Virus record (IMG/VR): IMGVR_UViG_3300024343_000009
Location: 1 to 64,000 of that record
Strand: one strand, 5' to 3'
Length of the DNA: 64,000 bases
Origin: an uncultured virus (IMG/VR IMGVR_UViG_3300024343_000009)
Taxonomy: Duplodnaviria > Heunggongvirae > Uroviricota > Caudoviricetes
Shown here: positions 49,423-56,837 of the stretch, one piece after another
Layout of the letters: the number at the start of each line of letters is the position of its first letter
How positions within the stretch are numbered: the first letter of the stretch is position 1
Program-made: the position numbers and the translations under genes
The notes under the pieces: model-generated
What the model was told of the DNA's origin: nothing
Database searches by the model: none
The model's input: only the letters and a program-made list of their open reading frames with translations

Positions 49423-49565
49423 AGTTATATCAAAATAAAGACTGGTTGTTTAGAAGGTACTCTGTACAAAAGAAAACAATTGTAGAGATTGCCGAAGAGT
49501 GTAAAGTTTCTGCTATGACTATACAGAGATACTTAGAAAAGTTTGGACTGATTAAAAAAAGATGA
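49419..49565 (+). CDS. small HTH protein (48 aa, not in ORF track)
   Basis: MKLYQNKDWL...KTIVEIAEECKVSAMTIQRYLEKFGL; ATGA overlaps on both sides. Confidence 0.65.
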   Translation: MKLYQNKDWLFRRYSVQKKTIVEIAEECKVSAMTIQRYLEKFGLIKKR

Positions 49566-50107
49566 GCAAAGACGTATGGCTAAACGCCAATCAAGAAACA
49601 GCTGGAGATCTTATACTTACTGGGTATCATGGCCCTTTAAGAGATATGCCTGTGTATGATGAGGTAAGATCTTTATTCGGGCACGGATCAACAGCATTAG
49701 ATTTTGGGTGTGGAGTAGGAAGAAACTCTGTAGCCTTATCAGATACATACGACAAGGTTATTTCTTTTGACTTGCCAAGCATGATAGGCTTAGTACCAGA
49801 AGATAACAAGCTAAGCAATATAGCATACACAACTGACTGGGAGTATGTAAAGTCTTTTAAGTTTGATATGGTATTAGCAAGCCTTGTATTTCAGCATATA
49901 GAGGATTCAGAGCTTAATTCATATTTAACTGATTTGTCTCAAATAGCGGACAGATTGGTGCTACATAGCAGAACTTGGATTGATCATTCTGCATCACAGG
50001 TATTGCCAATTGTTGAAAAATATTTTACAATAGATACCATAGAGTATTCAAAAGATCCCAATAATCCTATTGACGATCATTTTATTGCAACATTTAATAA
50101 GAGGTAA
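49562..50107 (+). CDS. class I SAM-dependent methyltransferase
   Basis: ALDFGCGVGRN, FD......VFQHI. Confidence 0.8.
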   Translation: MSKDVWLNANQETAGDLILTGYHGPLRDMPVYDEVRSLFGHGSTALDFGCGVGRNSVALSDTYDKVISFDLPSMIGLVPEDNKLSNIAYTTDWEYVKSFKFDMVLASLVFQHIEDSELNSYLTDLSQIADRLVLHSRTWIDHSASQVLPIVEKYFTIDTIEYSKDPNNPIDDHFIATFNKR

Positions 50108-50109
50108 AA

Positions 50110-50442
50110 ATGGTGGGCTACCCAAATAAAGATGGCGGATATCAAGCTTGGATTACAGATCTACAGTTAATAGCAACAGATGCCCCTTCAGGACAAAAGA
50201 TTATTAGACAGTGCCTTGAAATTGCAGAGATGCTAATTAATAAAAATATCTCATATGGAGATTCAGCACTCAGTCCAATTCGTATATTTTCTCAGGCGGA
50301 TAACCAAGAGCAGATTAAGATTCGTATCGATGATAAGATTAATAGAATTAAGAATGGATCTGGCTTTGCTGGAGATAATGATATTGATGACATGATAGGA
50401 TACTTAATCCTGCTTAAGATTGCCAAAGCTAATTCTAATTGA
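50110..50442 (+). CDS. DUF1599/nucleotide-modification-associated domain 1-like protein
   Basis: KN.SYGDS, IRIDDKI.RI, D.IGYLIL. Confidence 0.7.
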   Translation: MVGYPNKDGGYQAWITDLQLIATDAPSGQKIIRQCLEIAEMLINKNISYGDSALSPIRIFSQADNQEQIKIRIDDKINRIKNGSGFAGDNDIDDMIGYLILLKIAKANSN

Positions 50443-50467
50443 CATTTTAGTCAACTGAAAGTATAAT
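50439..50467 (+). promoter_or_regulatory. consensus promoter TTGACA-N17-TATAAT for terminase genes
   Basis: Exact hexamers; ATG 6 nt downstream; palindrome TTGAC-N6-GTCAA over the -35. Confidence 0.75.
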
Positions 50468-50473
50468 ATAGTA

Positions 50474-51010
50474 ATGAGCGAAATAGAGTTAGCCCAGCAT
50501 TTTGACCGTATGAATAAGGTCGTAGAAGAACTACTCAAGGGCAATACGCCAACCCAGATTGCCACCATCACTGGATTCCAAAGGAAAGAAGTCCTTGAGT
50601 TCATTGACGAGTGGAAGTCTGTCGTGCATAGCGACAGTGGAATTAGAGATAGAGCAAGAGAGGCTATCTCAGGTGCAGATCAGCATTACGCCATGCTTAT
50701 TAAAGAAGCTTGGAAGACCGTTGAAGATGCAGACACACAGGGAGCCTTGGCGGTAAAGTCAGGAGCCTTAAAGCTAATTGCTGATATAGAGACAAAAAGA
50801 ATAGCAATGCTTCAATCTGTTGGCGTATTAGAAAATAATGAAATAGCTTCACAAATTGTTGAAACAGAACGCAAGCAAGAAGTTCTTGTAAGAATATTAA
50901 AAGAAGTTACAGCAACATGCCCGAAGTGTAAGATGGAAGTTGCAAAAAGATTATCTCAGATTACTGGAATAATTGAATCAGTCCCAGTAGAGGAAGCAGA
51001 TGTCGTTTGA
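50474..51010 (+). CDS. terminase small subunit (putative)
   Basis: N-terminal HTH-like segment; overlaps start of large terminase. Confidence 0.65.
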   Translation: MSEIELAQHFDRMNKVVEELLKGNTPTQIATITGFQRKEVLEFIDEWKSVVHSDSGIRDRAREAISGADQHYAMLIKEAWKTVEDADTQGALAVKSGALKLIADIETKRIAMLQSVGVLENNEIASQIVETERKQEVLVRILKEVTATCPKCKMEVAKRLSQITGIIESVPVEEADVV

Positions 51011-52802
51011 TTTTGGTGATCTTATTGACATGCTTGATGGCGAAGAGTTTGACGAAAAGCCAGTCGACTTAAGAACATTTGTAAACCATCCAGAATACTT
51101 AGGCCTTCCACCTTTATCGGAGTATCAGTATACCCTTATAGAAAAAAGCTCACAGATATATAAAGAGTCAACACTGATTAAGCTTTTTGGAGAAGACGAA
51201 GGTAAAGTTAGATTTAAACAAACTGCAAATGAAGTTGTCGCTCAACTTGGTAAAGGATCTGGTAAAGATTACTGCTCAACTATTGCTGTTGCCTATATTG
51301 TTTATTTACTTCTATGCCTAAAGGATCCAGCAACTTATTATGGAAAACCTCCAGGGGACAGCATTGATATTATTAATATTGCTATTAACTCTCAGCAGGC
51401 AAGCAATGTTTTTTTTAAGGGATTTAAGACACGCATTGAAAAATCACCATGGTTTGCTGGCAAGTATAGCGACAAAGCAGCGGAAATTAAATTTGATAAA
51501 GCAATTACAGTTCACTCAGGACACTCAGAAAGAGAAGCCTGGGAAGGTTATAACGTTATTGTAGTTATTCTTGATGAGATCTCTGGCTTTGCTATTGAGA
51601 ATACAACAGGTCATGATCAAGCAAAAACGGGTGGTGCAATCTATGATATGTATAGGGCATCAGTTGATTCTCGTTTTCCAGATTTTGGAAAAGTGATTTT
51701 GCTTTCTTTCCCACGTTATAAGAATGATTACATACAGCAAAGATATGATGCTGTAGTAGCACAAAAAGAAACTATTATTAGAGAGCATAAGTTTAAAATG
51801 GATACGGATCTTCCAGACGGAACAGATGGCAATGAGTTTGAGGTTCAATGGGAAGAAGACCATATAGTTTCTTATAAAATTCCTAAAGTTTATGCATTAA
51901 AAAGACCAACATGGGAAATAAATCCAGTTAGAACTATTGATGACTTTAAGGTTGCATTCTTTACTAATCCAACTGATGCTCTATCAAGATTTGCATGTAT
52001 GCCTCCAGAAGCAGTAGATGCATTTTTTAAATCAAGAGAAAAGGTTGAAAAAGCTTTTAATAAAGGTCACCTTGCAGTTGACACGTTTGGTAGACTGGAA
52101 GAATGGTTTATACCAGATCCCGATAAAAAATATTTCTTGCACGTTGACCTTGCACAAAAGCATGACCACTGTGCTGTTGCGATGGCACATGTAAATAGAT
52201 GGGTAAATGTTAAGGTAACTGATACATACTCTCAGCCAGCTCCAATTGTTGAGATAGATGCCGTAAGATACTGGACTCCAACCTCTGATAAGTCTGTTGA
52301 CTTTACAGAAGTAAAAGATTATATATTATCTCTTAGAACAAGAGGGTTTAATATAAGCGTGTGTACATTTGACAGATGGAACTCTCACGATATGATGCAG
52401 CAGTTAAAGCAATACGGAATAAATACAGAAATTCTTTCTGTTGCCAAGAAGCATTACGATGACATGGCAATGGTTGTCTTAGAAGAAAGATTAACTGGAC
52501 CCCATATTCAATTATTAATTGATGAATTGCTACAGCTTAGGATAATGAGAGATAAAGTAGATCACCCTAGAAAAGGATCTAAAGACTTAGCAGACGCCGT
52601 ATGCGGGTCTATATATAATGCTATTAGTAGAACTAGATTTGATTCAAATCAAGAAGTAAATGTCCATACATACGAGTCTATGGCGTTTGATAATGATTTT
52701 GGAACAGAAGCAGATGGAGAAACAAGTTCCTTCAATATGATTAGGGCTCCAAGAATGCCAGAAAACTTAAAGGACGCAATGGACAGGATGATGATAATAT
52801 GA
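51000..52802 (+). CDS. terL: terminase large subunit
   Basis: Walker A GKGSGKD, Walker B VVILDE, RNase H-like HVDLA and KDLADA. Confidence 0.88.
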   Translation: MSFDFGDLIDMLDGEEFDEKPVDLRTFVNHPEYLGLPPLSEYQYTLIEKSSQIYKESTLIKLFGEDEGKVRFKQTANEVVAQLGKGSGKDYCSTIAVAYIVYLLLCLKDPATYYGKPPGDSIDIINIAINSQQASNVFFKGFKTRIEKSPWFAGKYSDKAAEIKFDKAITVHSGHSEREAWEGYNVIVVILDEISGFAIENTTGHDQAKTGGAIYDMYRASVDSRFPDFGKVILLSFPRYKNDYIQQRYDAVVAQKETIIREHKFKMDTDLPDGTDGNEFEVQWEEDHIVSYKIPKVYALKRPTWEINPVRTIDDFKVAFFTNPTDALSRFACMPPEAVDAFFKSREKVEKAFNKGHLAVDTFGRLEEWFIPDPDKKYFLHVDLAQKHDHCAVAMAHVNRWVNVKVTDTYSQPAPIVEIDAVRYWTPTSDKSVDFTEVKDYILSLRTRGFNISVCTFDRWNSHDMMQQLKQYGINTEILSVAKKHYDDMAMVVLEERLTGPHIQLLIDELLQLRIMRDKVDHPRKGSKDLADAVCGSIYNAISRTRFDSNQEVNVHTYESMAFDNDFGTEADGETSSFNMIRAPRMPENLKDAMDRMMII

Positions 52803-53047
52803 GCACGTATCAAGAAAAAGCAAAAGAATGCAAGTGTTGCGGAAAACACGTTCCGCTTCCTACTGTATTAAAAGAATATAATGGAATAGTTTTATGTCCA
52901 ACTACATTTTCTAACGTAGTTGAATATAAAAGAATATGGATAGCCGCTGGCGCAAGGCCAATGGGCAATATTCGCAAACATTTTTCAGAATATGTACAGC
53001 AAATAGTAGAAGATACTATTGACAAAAATGAAGACGGCACGTTATAA
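52799..53047 (+). CDS. small Cys-rich hypothetical protein
   Basis: CKCCG...LCP; ATGA overlap with terL. Confidence 0.55.
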   Translation: MSTYQEKAKECKCCGKHVPLPTVLKEYNGIVLCPTTFSNVVEYKRIWIAAGARPMGNIRKHFSEYVQQIVEDTIDKNEDGTL

Positions 53048-53048
53048 T
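53019..53048 (+). promoter_or_regulatory. promoter TTGACA-N18-TATAAT upstream of tRNA cluster
   Basis: Exact hexamers ending 10 nt before tRNA(CAT). Confidence 0.7.
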
Positions 53049-53058
53049 ATACTTCTAA

Positions 53059-53132
53059 GCAACAATAGCTTAGTTGGTTAAAGCCCCGAACTCATAATTC
53101 GGTAATCGTAGGTTCAAGTCCTACTTGTTGCA
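53059..53132 (+). tRNA. tRNA with CAT anticodon (elongator Met or Ile2)
   Basis: Acceptor GCAACAA/TTGTTGC, anticodon arm CCGAA-CTCATAA-TTCGG, T-arm GTAGG-TTCAAGT-CCTAC. Confidence 0.9.
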
Positions 53133-53144
53133 CGAAAGGCGGAT

Positions 53145-53453
53145 ATGGATAAAGAAGATAAGTTAGACTATTATATTTCTATCGGTGCCGTAGAACTAGC
53201 TGGAGTAGATAAAGATGGAGAGTTTGTTTTTAATATAACAGATGATGCAAAGTATCTTGCTCCAGAACTTTGGGAAGCACATGAAGATCACGTAAATGAA
53301 TCATTGGTTCAGCTTTACGAAAAAGGATTAATTACAGTCACATATAATGATGATCTTGAGGCAGTAATTGAAATGTCTGATGAAGGAAAAAGGGTTGCTC
53401 AAGAGATGGGTTTAATAGAGATGGAAACCAATAACGATATCCCTAACGATTAA
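53145..53453 (+). CDS. acidic hypothetical protein within tRNA cluster
   Basis: 102 aa ORF between tRNAs. Confidence 0.6.
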   Translation: MDKEDKLDYYISIGAVELAGVDKDGEFVFNITDDAKYLAPELWEAHEDHVNESLVQLYEKGLITVTYNDDLEAVIEMSDEGKRVAQEMGLIEMETNNDIPND

Positions 53454-53460
53454 ACAAAAT

Positions 53461-53533
53461 GCCTTCGTAGCTCAGAGGACAGAGCAGGACTCTTCTAAGG
53501 TCTTGGTCGCAGGTTCGACTCCTGCCGAAGGCG
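53461..53533 (+). tRNA. tRNA-Arg(TCT)
   Basis: GCCTTCG/CGAAGGC acceptor, GGACT-CTTCTAA-GGTCT, GCAGG-TTCGACT-CCTGC. Confidence 0.92.
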
Positions 53534-53538
53534 CTATT

Positions 53539-53611
53539 GTCCTTATAGCCCAGCGGTAGAGGCGGTAGACTTAAAATCTATACAGCGTTGGTTCGAATCC
53601 AACTAGGGACA
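53539..53611 (+). tRNA. tRNA-Leu(TAA), short variable loop
   Basis: GTCCTTA/TAGGGAC acceptor, GTAGA-CTTAAAA-TCTAT, GTTGG-TTCGAAT-CCAAC. Confidence 0.88.
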
Positions 53612-53615
53612 CAAT

Positions 53616-53689
53616 GCGGATGTTGCATATTGGTAGTGCCTCTGCCTTCCAAGCAGAAGGGGTGAGTTCGATTCTCATCATCCGCTCCA
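53616..53689 (+). tRNA. tRNA-Gly(TCC)
   Basis: GCGGATG/CATCCGC, TCTGC-CTTCCAA-GCAGA, U73 and encoded CCA. Confidence 0.92.
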
Positions 53690-53690
53690 T

Positions 53691-53761
53691 TTCTCACTCG
53701 TCCAACGGCAGGACATCGCCCTTTGGAGGCGAGAATCGTGGTTCGAATCCATGGTGAGAAG
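53691..53761 (+). tRNA. tRNA-Gln(TTG)
   Basis: TTCTCAC/GTGAGAA (U1-A72, G73), TCGCC-CTTTGGA-GGCGA, CGTGG-TTCGAAT-CCATG. Confidence 0.9.
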
Positions 53762-53789
53762 CAAAGAAAGGAAATGGTATACTATTAAC

Positions 53790-54233
53790 ATGGATATTAT
53801 TTCTAAGATAAGACAACTACAATCTAGTTCTTTTGTATTTTATACAAAAGCACACGGTTATCACTGGAATGTAGAGGGGGTTCTATTTAAAGAACTTCAC
53901 GCATTCTTTAAGGAAATATACGAAGATGTATTTGAATCAATTGATACTTATGCTGAATGGTCAAGAAAACTTAATTCACCAGCTGTTTTTCAGATTGACG
54001 AGATCTTGCAAAATTCAAATATAAAGTATGATTTTCCAACAAACTCACCACTAGAGATGATGAGAAATTTATTTGATTCAAATTCACAAATTATAAATGA
54101 CTTAAAAGATGGGTTTGCTATGGCAAACTCTTTAAATGAACAAGGCCTTGCAAACTTTTTTGCAGAAAGAATTGATAAACATCAGTTCTGGTCATGGCAA
54201 TTGTCAGCCTCATTAAAGACATCAGTAAACTAA
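53790..54233 (+). CDS. dps: Dps/ferritin-like DNA protection protein
   Basis: HGYHWNVEG..F.ELH.FF.EIYE....ID..AE ferroxidase motif; start moved to ATG 53790. Confidence 0.9.
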   Translation: MDIISKIRQLQSSSFVFYTKAHGYHWNVEGVLFKELHAFFKEIYEDVFESIDTYAEWSRKLNSPAVFQIDEILQNSNIKYDFPTNSPLEMMRNLFDSNSQIINDLKDGFAMANSLNEQGLANFFAERIDKHQFWSWQLSASLKTSVN

Positions 54234-54252
54234 TAAATAGGAGAAATAAAAA

Positions 54253-54864
54253 ATGGCAGCAGAACAAGGATCAGCAGCAAGACTAATAGAAGTAGCACTA
54301 GCTGAAGTTGGAACTATTGAAGGACCAAAGGACAATGAAACAAAATATGGAAAGTTTACAAAGGCAAACTTTCAGCCATGGTGTGGTTCATTTGTTATGT
54401 GGTGTGCAGATCAAGCAGGGGTAAAGGTTCCTAATACAGTCTATACACCAGCAGGAGCACAAGCATTTATTAAAGCGGGAACATGGCAGATGGCAGAAAC
54501 AGCTACACCAGAACCAGGCGATATTGCCTATTTTGATTTCCCATCAGACGGCGTCGATAGAATTTCTCACGTAGGAATCGTTGTTGCAGTAAATGCAGAC
54601 GGAACTGTAGATGTTGTAGAAGGAAACACTTCTTCAGATAAGAAGGGCGATCAAAGAAATGGCGGAGAGTGTTGCCTTAAGAATCGTGCTTACAAGAAGA
54701 AGAACGGATCAAAGCTTCGTAGAAGTCAGATCGTAGGCATTGTAGGATTTGGCAGACCAGCATTTGGCAAGCCTGTAGCTAAGACAGCAGCAGCACCTGT
54801 AAAGAAGGCAGCCCCTGTAAAGAAGGCGGCTCCTGTAAAAAAGGCCGCAGTAAAGAAGAAGTAA
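54253..54864 (+). CDS. CHAP-domain endolysin with Lys/Ala-rich C-terminal repeats
   Basis: PWCGSFVMW, PGDI, HVGIV, VEGNT; PVKKAA x3 tail. Confidence 0.85.
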   Translation: MAAEQGSAARLIEVALAEVGTIEGPKDNETKYGKFTKANFQPWCGSFVMWCADQAGVKVPNTVYTPAGAQAFIKAGTWQMAETATPEPGDIAYFDFPSDGVDRISHVGIVVAVNADGTVDVVEGNTSSDKKGDQRNGGECCLKNRAYKKKNGSKLRRSQIVGIVGFGRPAFGKPVAKTAAAPVKKAAPVKKAAPVKKAAVKKK

Positions 54865-55271
54865 TGTACGAGTATTACGTACGAAAAGTAGAAGCCGTAG
54901 TTGATGGGGACACAATTGATGTCCTCATCGACCTTGGTTTTGATATATTGTTTGCTTCAAGAGTAAGACTTGCTGGAATAGATACTCCTGAATCAAGAAC
55001 AAAAGACCTAGCAGAAAAAAAGCTGGGGCTAGAGGCAAAAGAATATCTTAAGTATAAATTAAAAGATGCAAAGTCTGTAAAGATTAAAACCGAAAAGATG
55101 GATTCTTCTGAAAAATATGGAAGAATACTAGGCTGGCTATTTGTTGATGATCAAACGGTATCAATAAATGAACAGATGATTGCAGACGGATATGCATGGG
55201 GATATCTTGGTGACACCAAGGTTAAAGATTTTCAAGCCTTAGCAAAAGCAAGAGCAAAGTCTGGCAAGTAG
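54864..55271 (+). CDS. thermonuclease (SNase-like)
   Basis: VVDGDTI, VRLAGIDTPE, KYGRILG, INE.MI..GYA. Confidence 0.9.
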   Translation: MYEYYVRKVEAVVDGDTIDVLIDLGFDILFASRVRLAGIDTPESRTKDLAEKKLGLEAKEYLKYKLKDAKSVKIKTEKMDSSEKYGRILGWLFVDDQTVSINEQMIADGYAWGYLGDTKVKDFQALAKARAKSGK

Positions 55272-55310
55272 GCTATTGTAATTCTTTAGTAGAAATGATA
55301 TACTCATTAC

Positions 55311-56033
55311 ATGCTAAACAAAAAAACAATTAAGTTCTATGCTGCAGCGGAAGACATTTACCAAGTAGAGCAGCCTCCAATGCCAGCTAAATTAGCAATA
55401 CCAGAATGGTTTAAAAGAATACCAGCAGAGGATCCTGCAATGAAATGGGGAGACCCAAGAGATGCTGGAACAGTAAAAAAATGTATGCCATTTTTAGACT
55501 CTCTCTCCGCTGGGTATATGGTTGTTACACCGCAAGATATAAAGATTGCAAAAAATGAAACACAGGGAACTATGGCTTATTGGGGAGCAACACCACCAGG
55601 AGCCGATGTTCTTTTTGATTTAGATCAGCCATTACATAGAACAAAAGGAATGCCAGTACCTCATGGCTATAATGAATATGTTTGGCGAATGATTGCATAT
55701 CCAAGAATTGAAACTCCAAGCGGATACAGCGTAATGGTTACTCATCCATTTAATAGGTATGACTTGCCATTCTTAACAATGACTGGAATTATTGATTCAG
55801 ATCAAGTTCATGCAAGGTTAGCCCTCAATATGTGGTTACGTGATGACTTTGAAGGAATTATTGAAAAAGGTACCCCTGTTGCACAGATATTTCCTTTTAA
55901 AAGAGAAGATTGGGTTCATGAGTCTTTGCCACCTTTTAGCAAAAAGCGGGAGCTTCAAGATACATTTAAAGTAAGGTCAGTAATGAATAGGTCCTACATG
56001 CGTCAGTTCTGGCAAAAGAAGTCTTACGAATAA
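55311..56033 (+). CDS. hypothetical phage protein (possible dUTPase-like beta fold)
   Basis: TVKKCMPFLD...GY, TPSGYS....HP, GIIDSD, KGTP.AQIFPFKRE. Confidence 0.5.
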   Translation: MLNKKTIKFYAAAEDIYQVEQPPMPAKLAIPEWFKRIPAEDPAMKWGDPRDAGTVKKCMPFLDSLSAGYMVVTPQDIKIAKNETQGTMAYWGATPPGADVLFDLDQPLHRTKGMPVPHGYNEYVWRMIAYPRIETPSGYSVMVTHPFNRYDLPFLTMTGIIDSDQVHARLALNMWLRDDFEGIIEKGTPVAQIFPFKREDWVHESLPPFSKKRELQDTFKVRSVMNRSYMRQFWQKKSYE

Positions 56034-56107
56034 ATATCCAATATGCTATAATTATTATACATCCGCCTTATGGGGATGCTAAACTAACTCGCTTAAAAGG
56101 AGCAAAA

Positions 56108-56527
56108 ATGGTAAACGCACTAACCCTGGATCTTTTTAGAGATCCTTTTTTTATTGGTTTTAATCGTGAAATGGAAAGAATGGCACATGTTCATCAGGCT
56201 GCAACACGCCAAACATATCCACCATACGATGTATTAAAGCTAGACGAAGATACATATCAGGTATCAATTGCAGTAGCAGGATTCACAAGAAGCGATATTG
56301 ATGTTTCAGTAGATAACGGAACACTTATTGTTAAGGGTGAAATCACAGAAGTTACAGACGGTGAATATCTACATAAAGGTATTGCTGCACGTAAGTTCAC
56401 TAGAACATTTGGGCTAGGTGAATATATGGAAGTAACTGGAGCTTCAATCGAAGATGGAATGTTAAATATCAATGTAGATAGAATTATTCCAGAAGAAAAG
56501 AAGCCAAAGATCATTAAGATCAAATAG
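56108..56527 (+). CDS. small heat shock protein Hsp20 (IbpA-like)
   Basis: YPPYDV, AVAGF, YLHKGIAARKFTRTF.L, A...DGML.I, PEEKKPK.I.I. Confidence 0.93.
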   Translation: MVNALTLDLFRDPFFIGFNREMERMAHVHQAATRQTYPPYDVLKLDEDTYQVSIAVAGFTRSDIDVSVDNGTLIVKGEITEVTDGEYLHKGIAARKFTRTFGLGEYMEVTGASIEDGMLNINVDRIIPEEKKPKIIKIK

Positions 56528-56596
56528 TCTTTGGTTCGCTACCGAAGGAGACCTGAGCAAGTCATAAAAAGGCTCATTTAACTTAAAGGATAAGTA

Positions 56597-56785
56597 ATGC
56601 CAGTATACGAATACAAGTGCTCATATGACGATGCACACCCAACAATGTCAACTCATAGATCAATTATGGATGAAGATCCAGGATACACTTGTGTAGAATG
56701 TGAGTCAGAAATGATAAGACACTTTACGCCTTTTGGCATACAGTTTAAAGGAAACGGGTTTTATAAGACAGATAATCCTAAATAG
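56597..56785 (+). CDS. FmdB-family zinc ribbon protein
   Basis: MPVYEYKC...C.EC...FKGNGFYKTD. Confidence 0.8.
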   Translation: MPVYEYKCSYDDAHPTMSTHRSIMDEDPGYTCVECESEMIRHFTPFGIQFKGNGFYKTDNPK

Positions 56786-56837
56786 CCTCAATGGTATAAT
56801 TAACTAAGCAAGCAAATTGTTTGCGTAGGAGCCATAG

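Noticed and set aside
38023..52802. Inteins or introns in DnaB, DnaE, RecA or TerL
   Set aside because: Lengths are ordinary, motifs are contiguous, and no splice-junction or homing endonuclease motifs were seen
53751..53789. ORF-track N-terminal extension of Dps
   Set aside because: Overlaps tRNA-Gln; ATG 53790 sits 6 nt after a TATACT box
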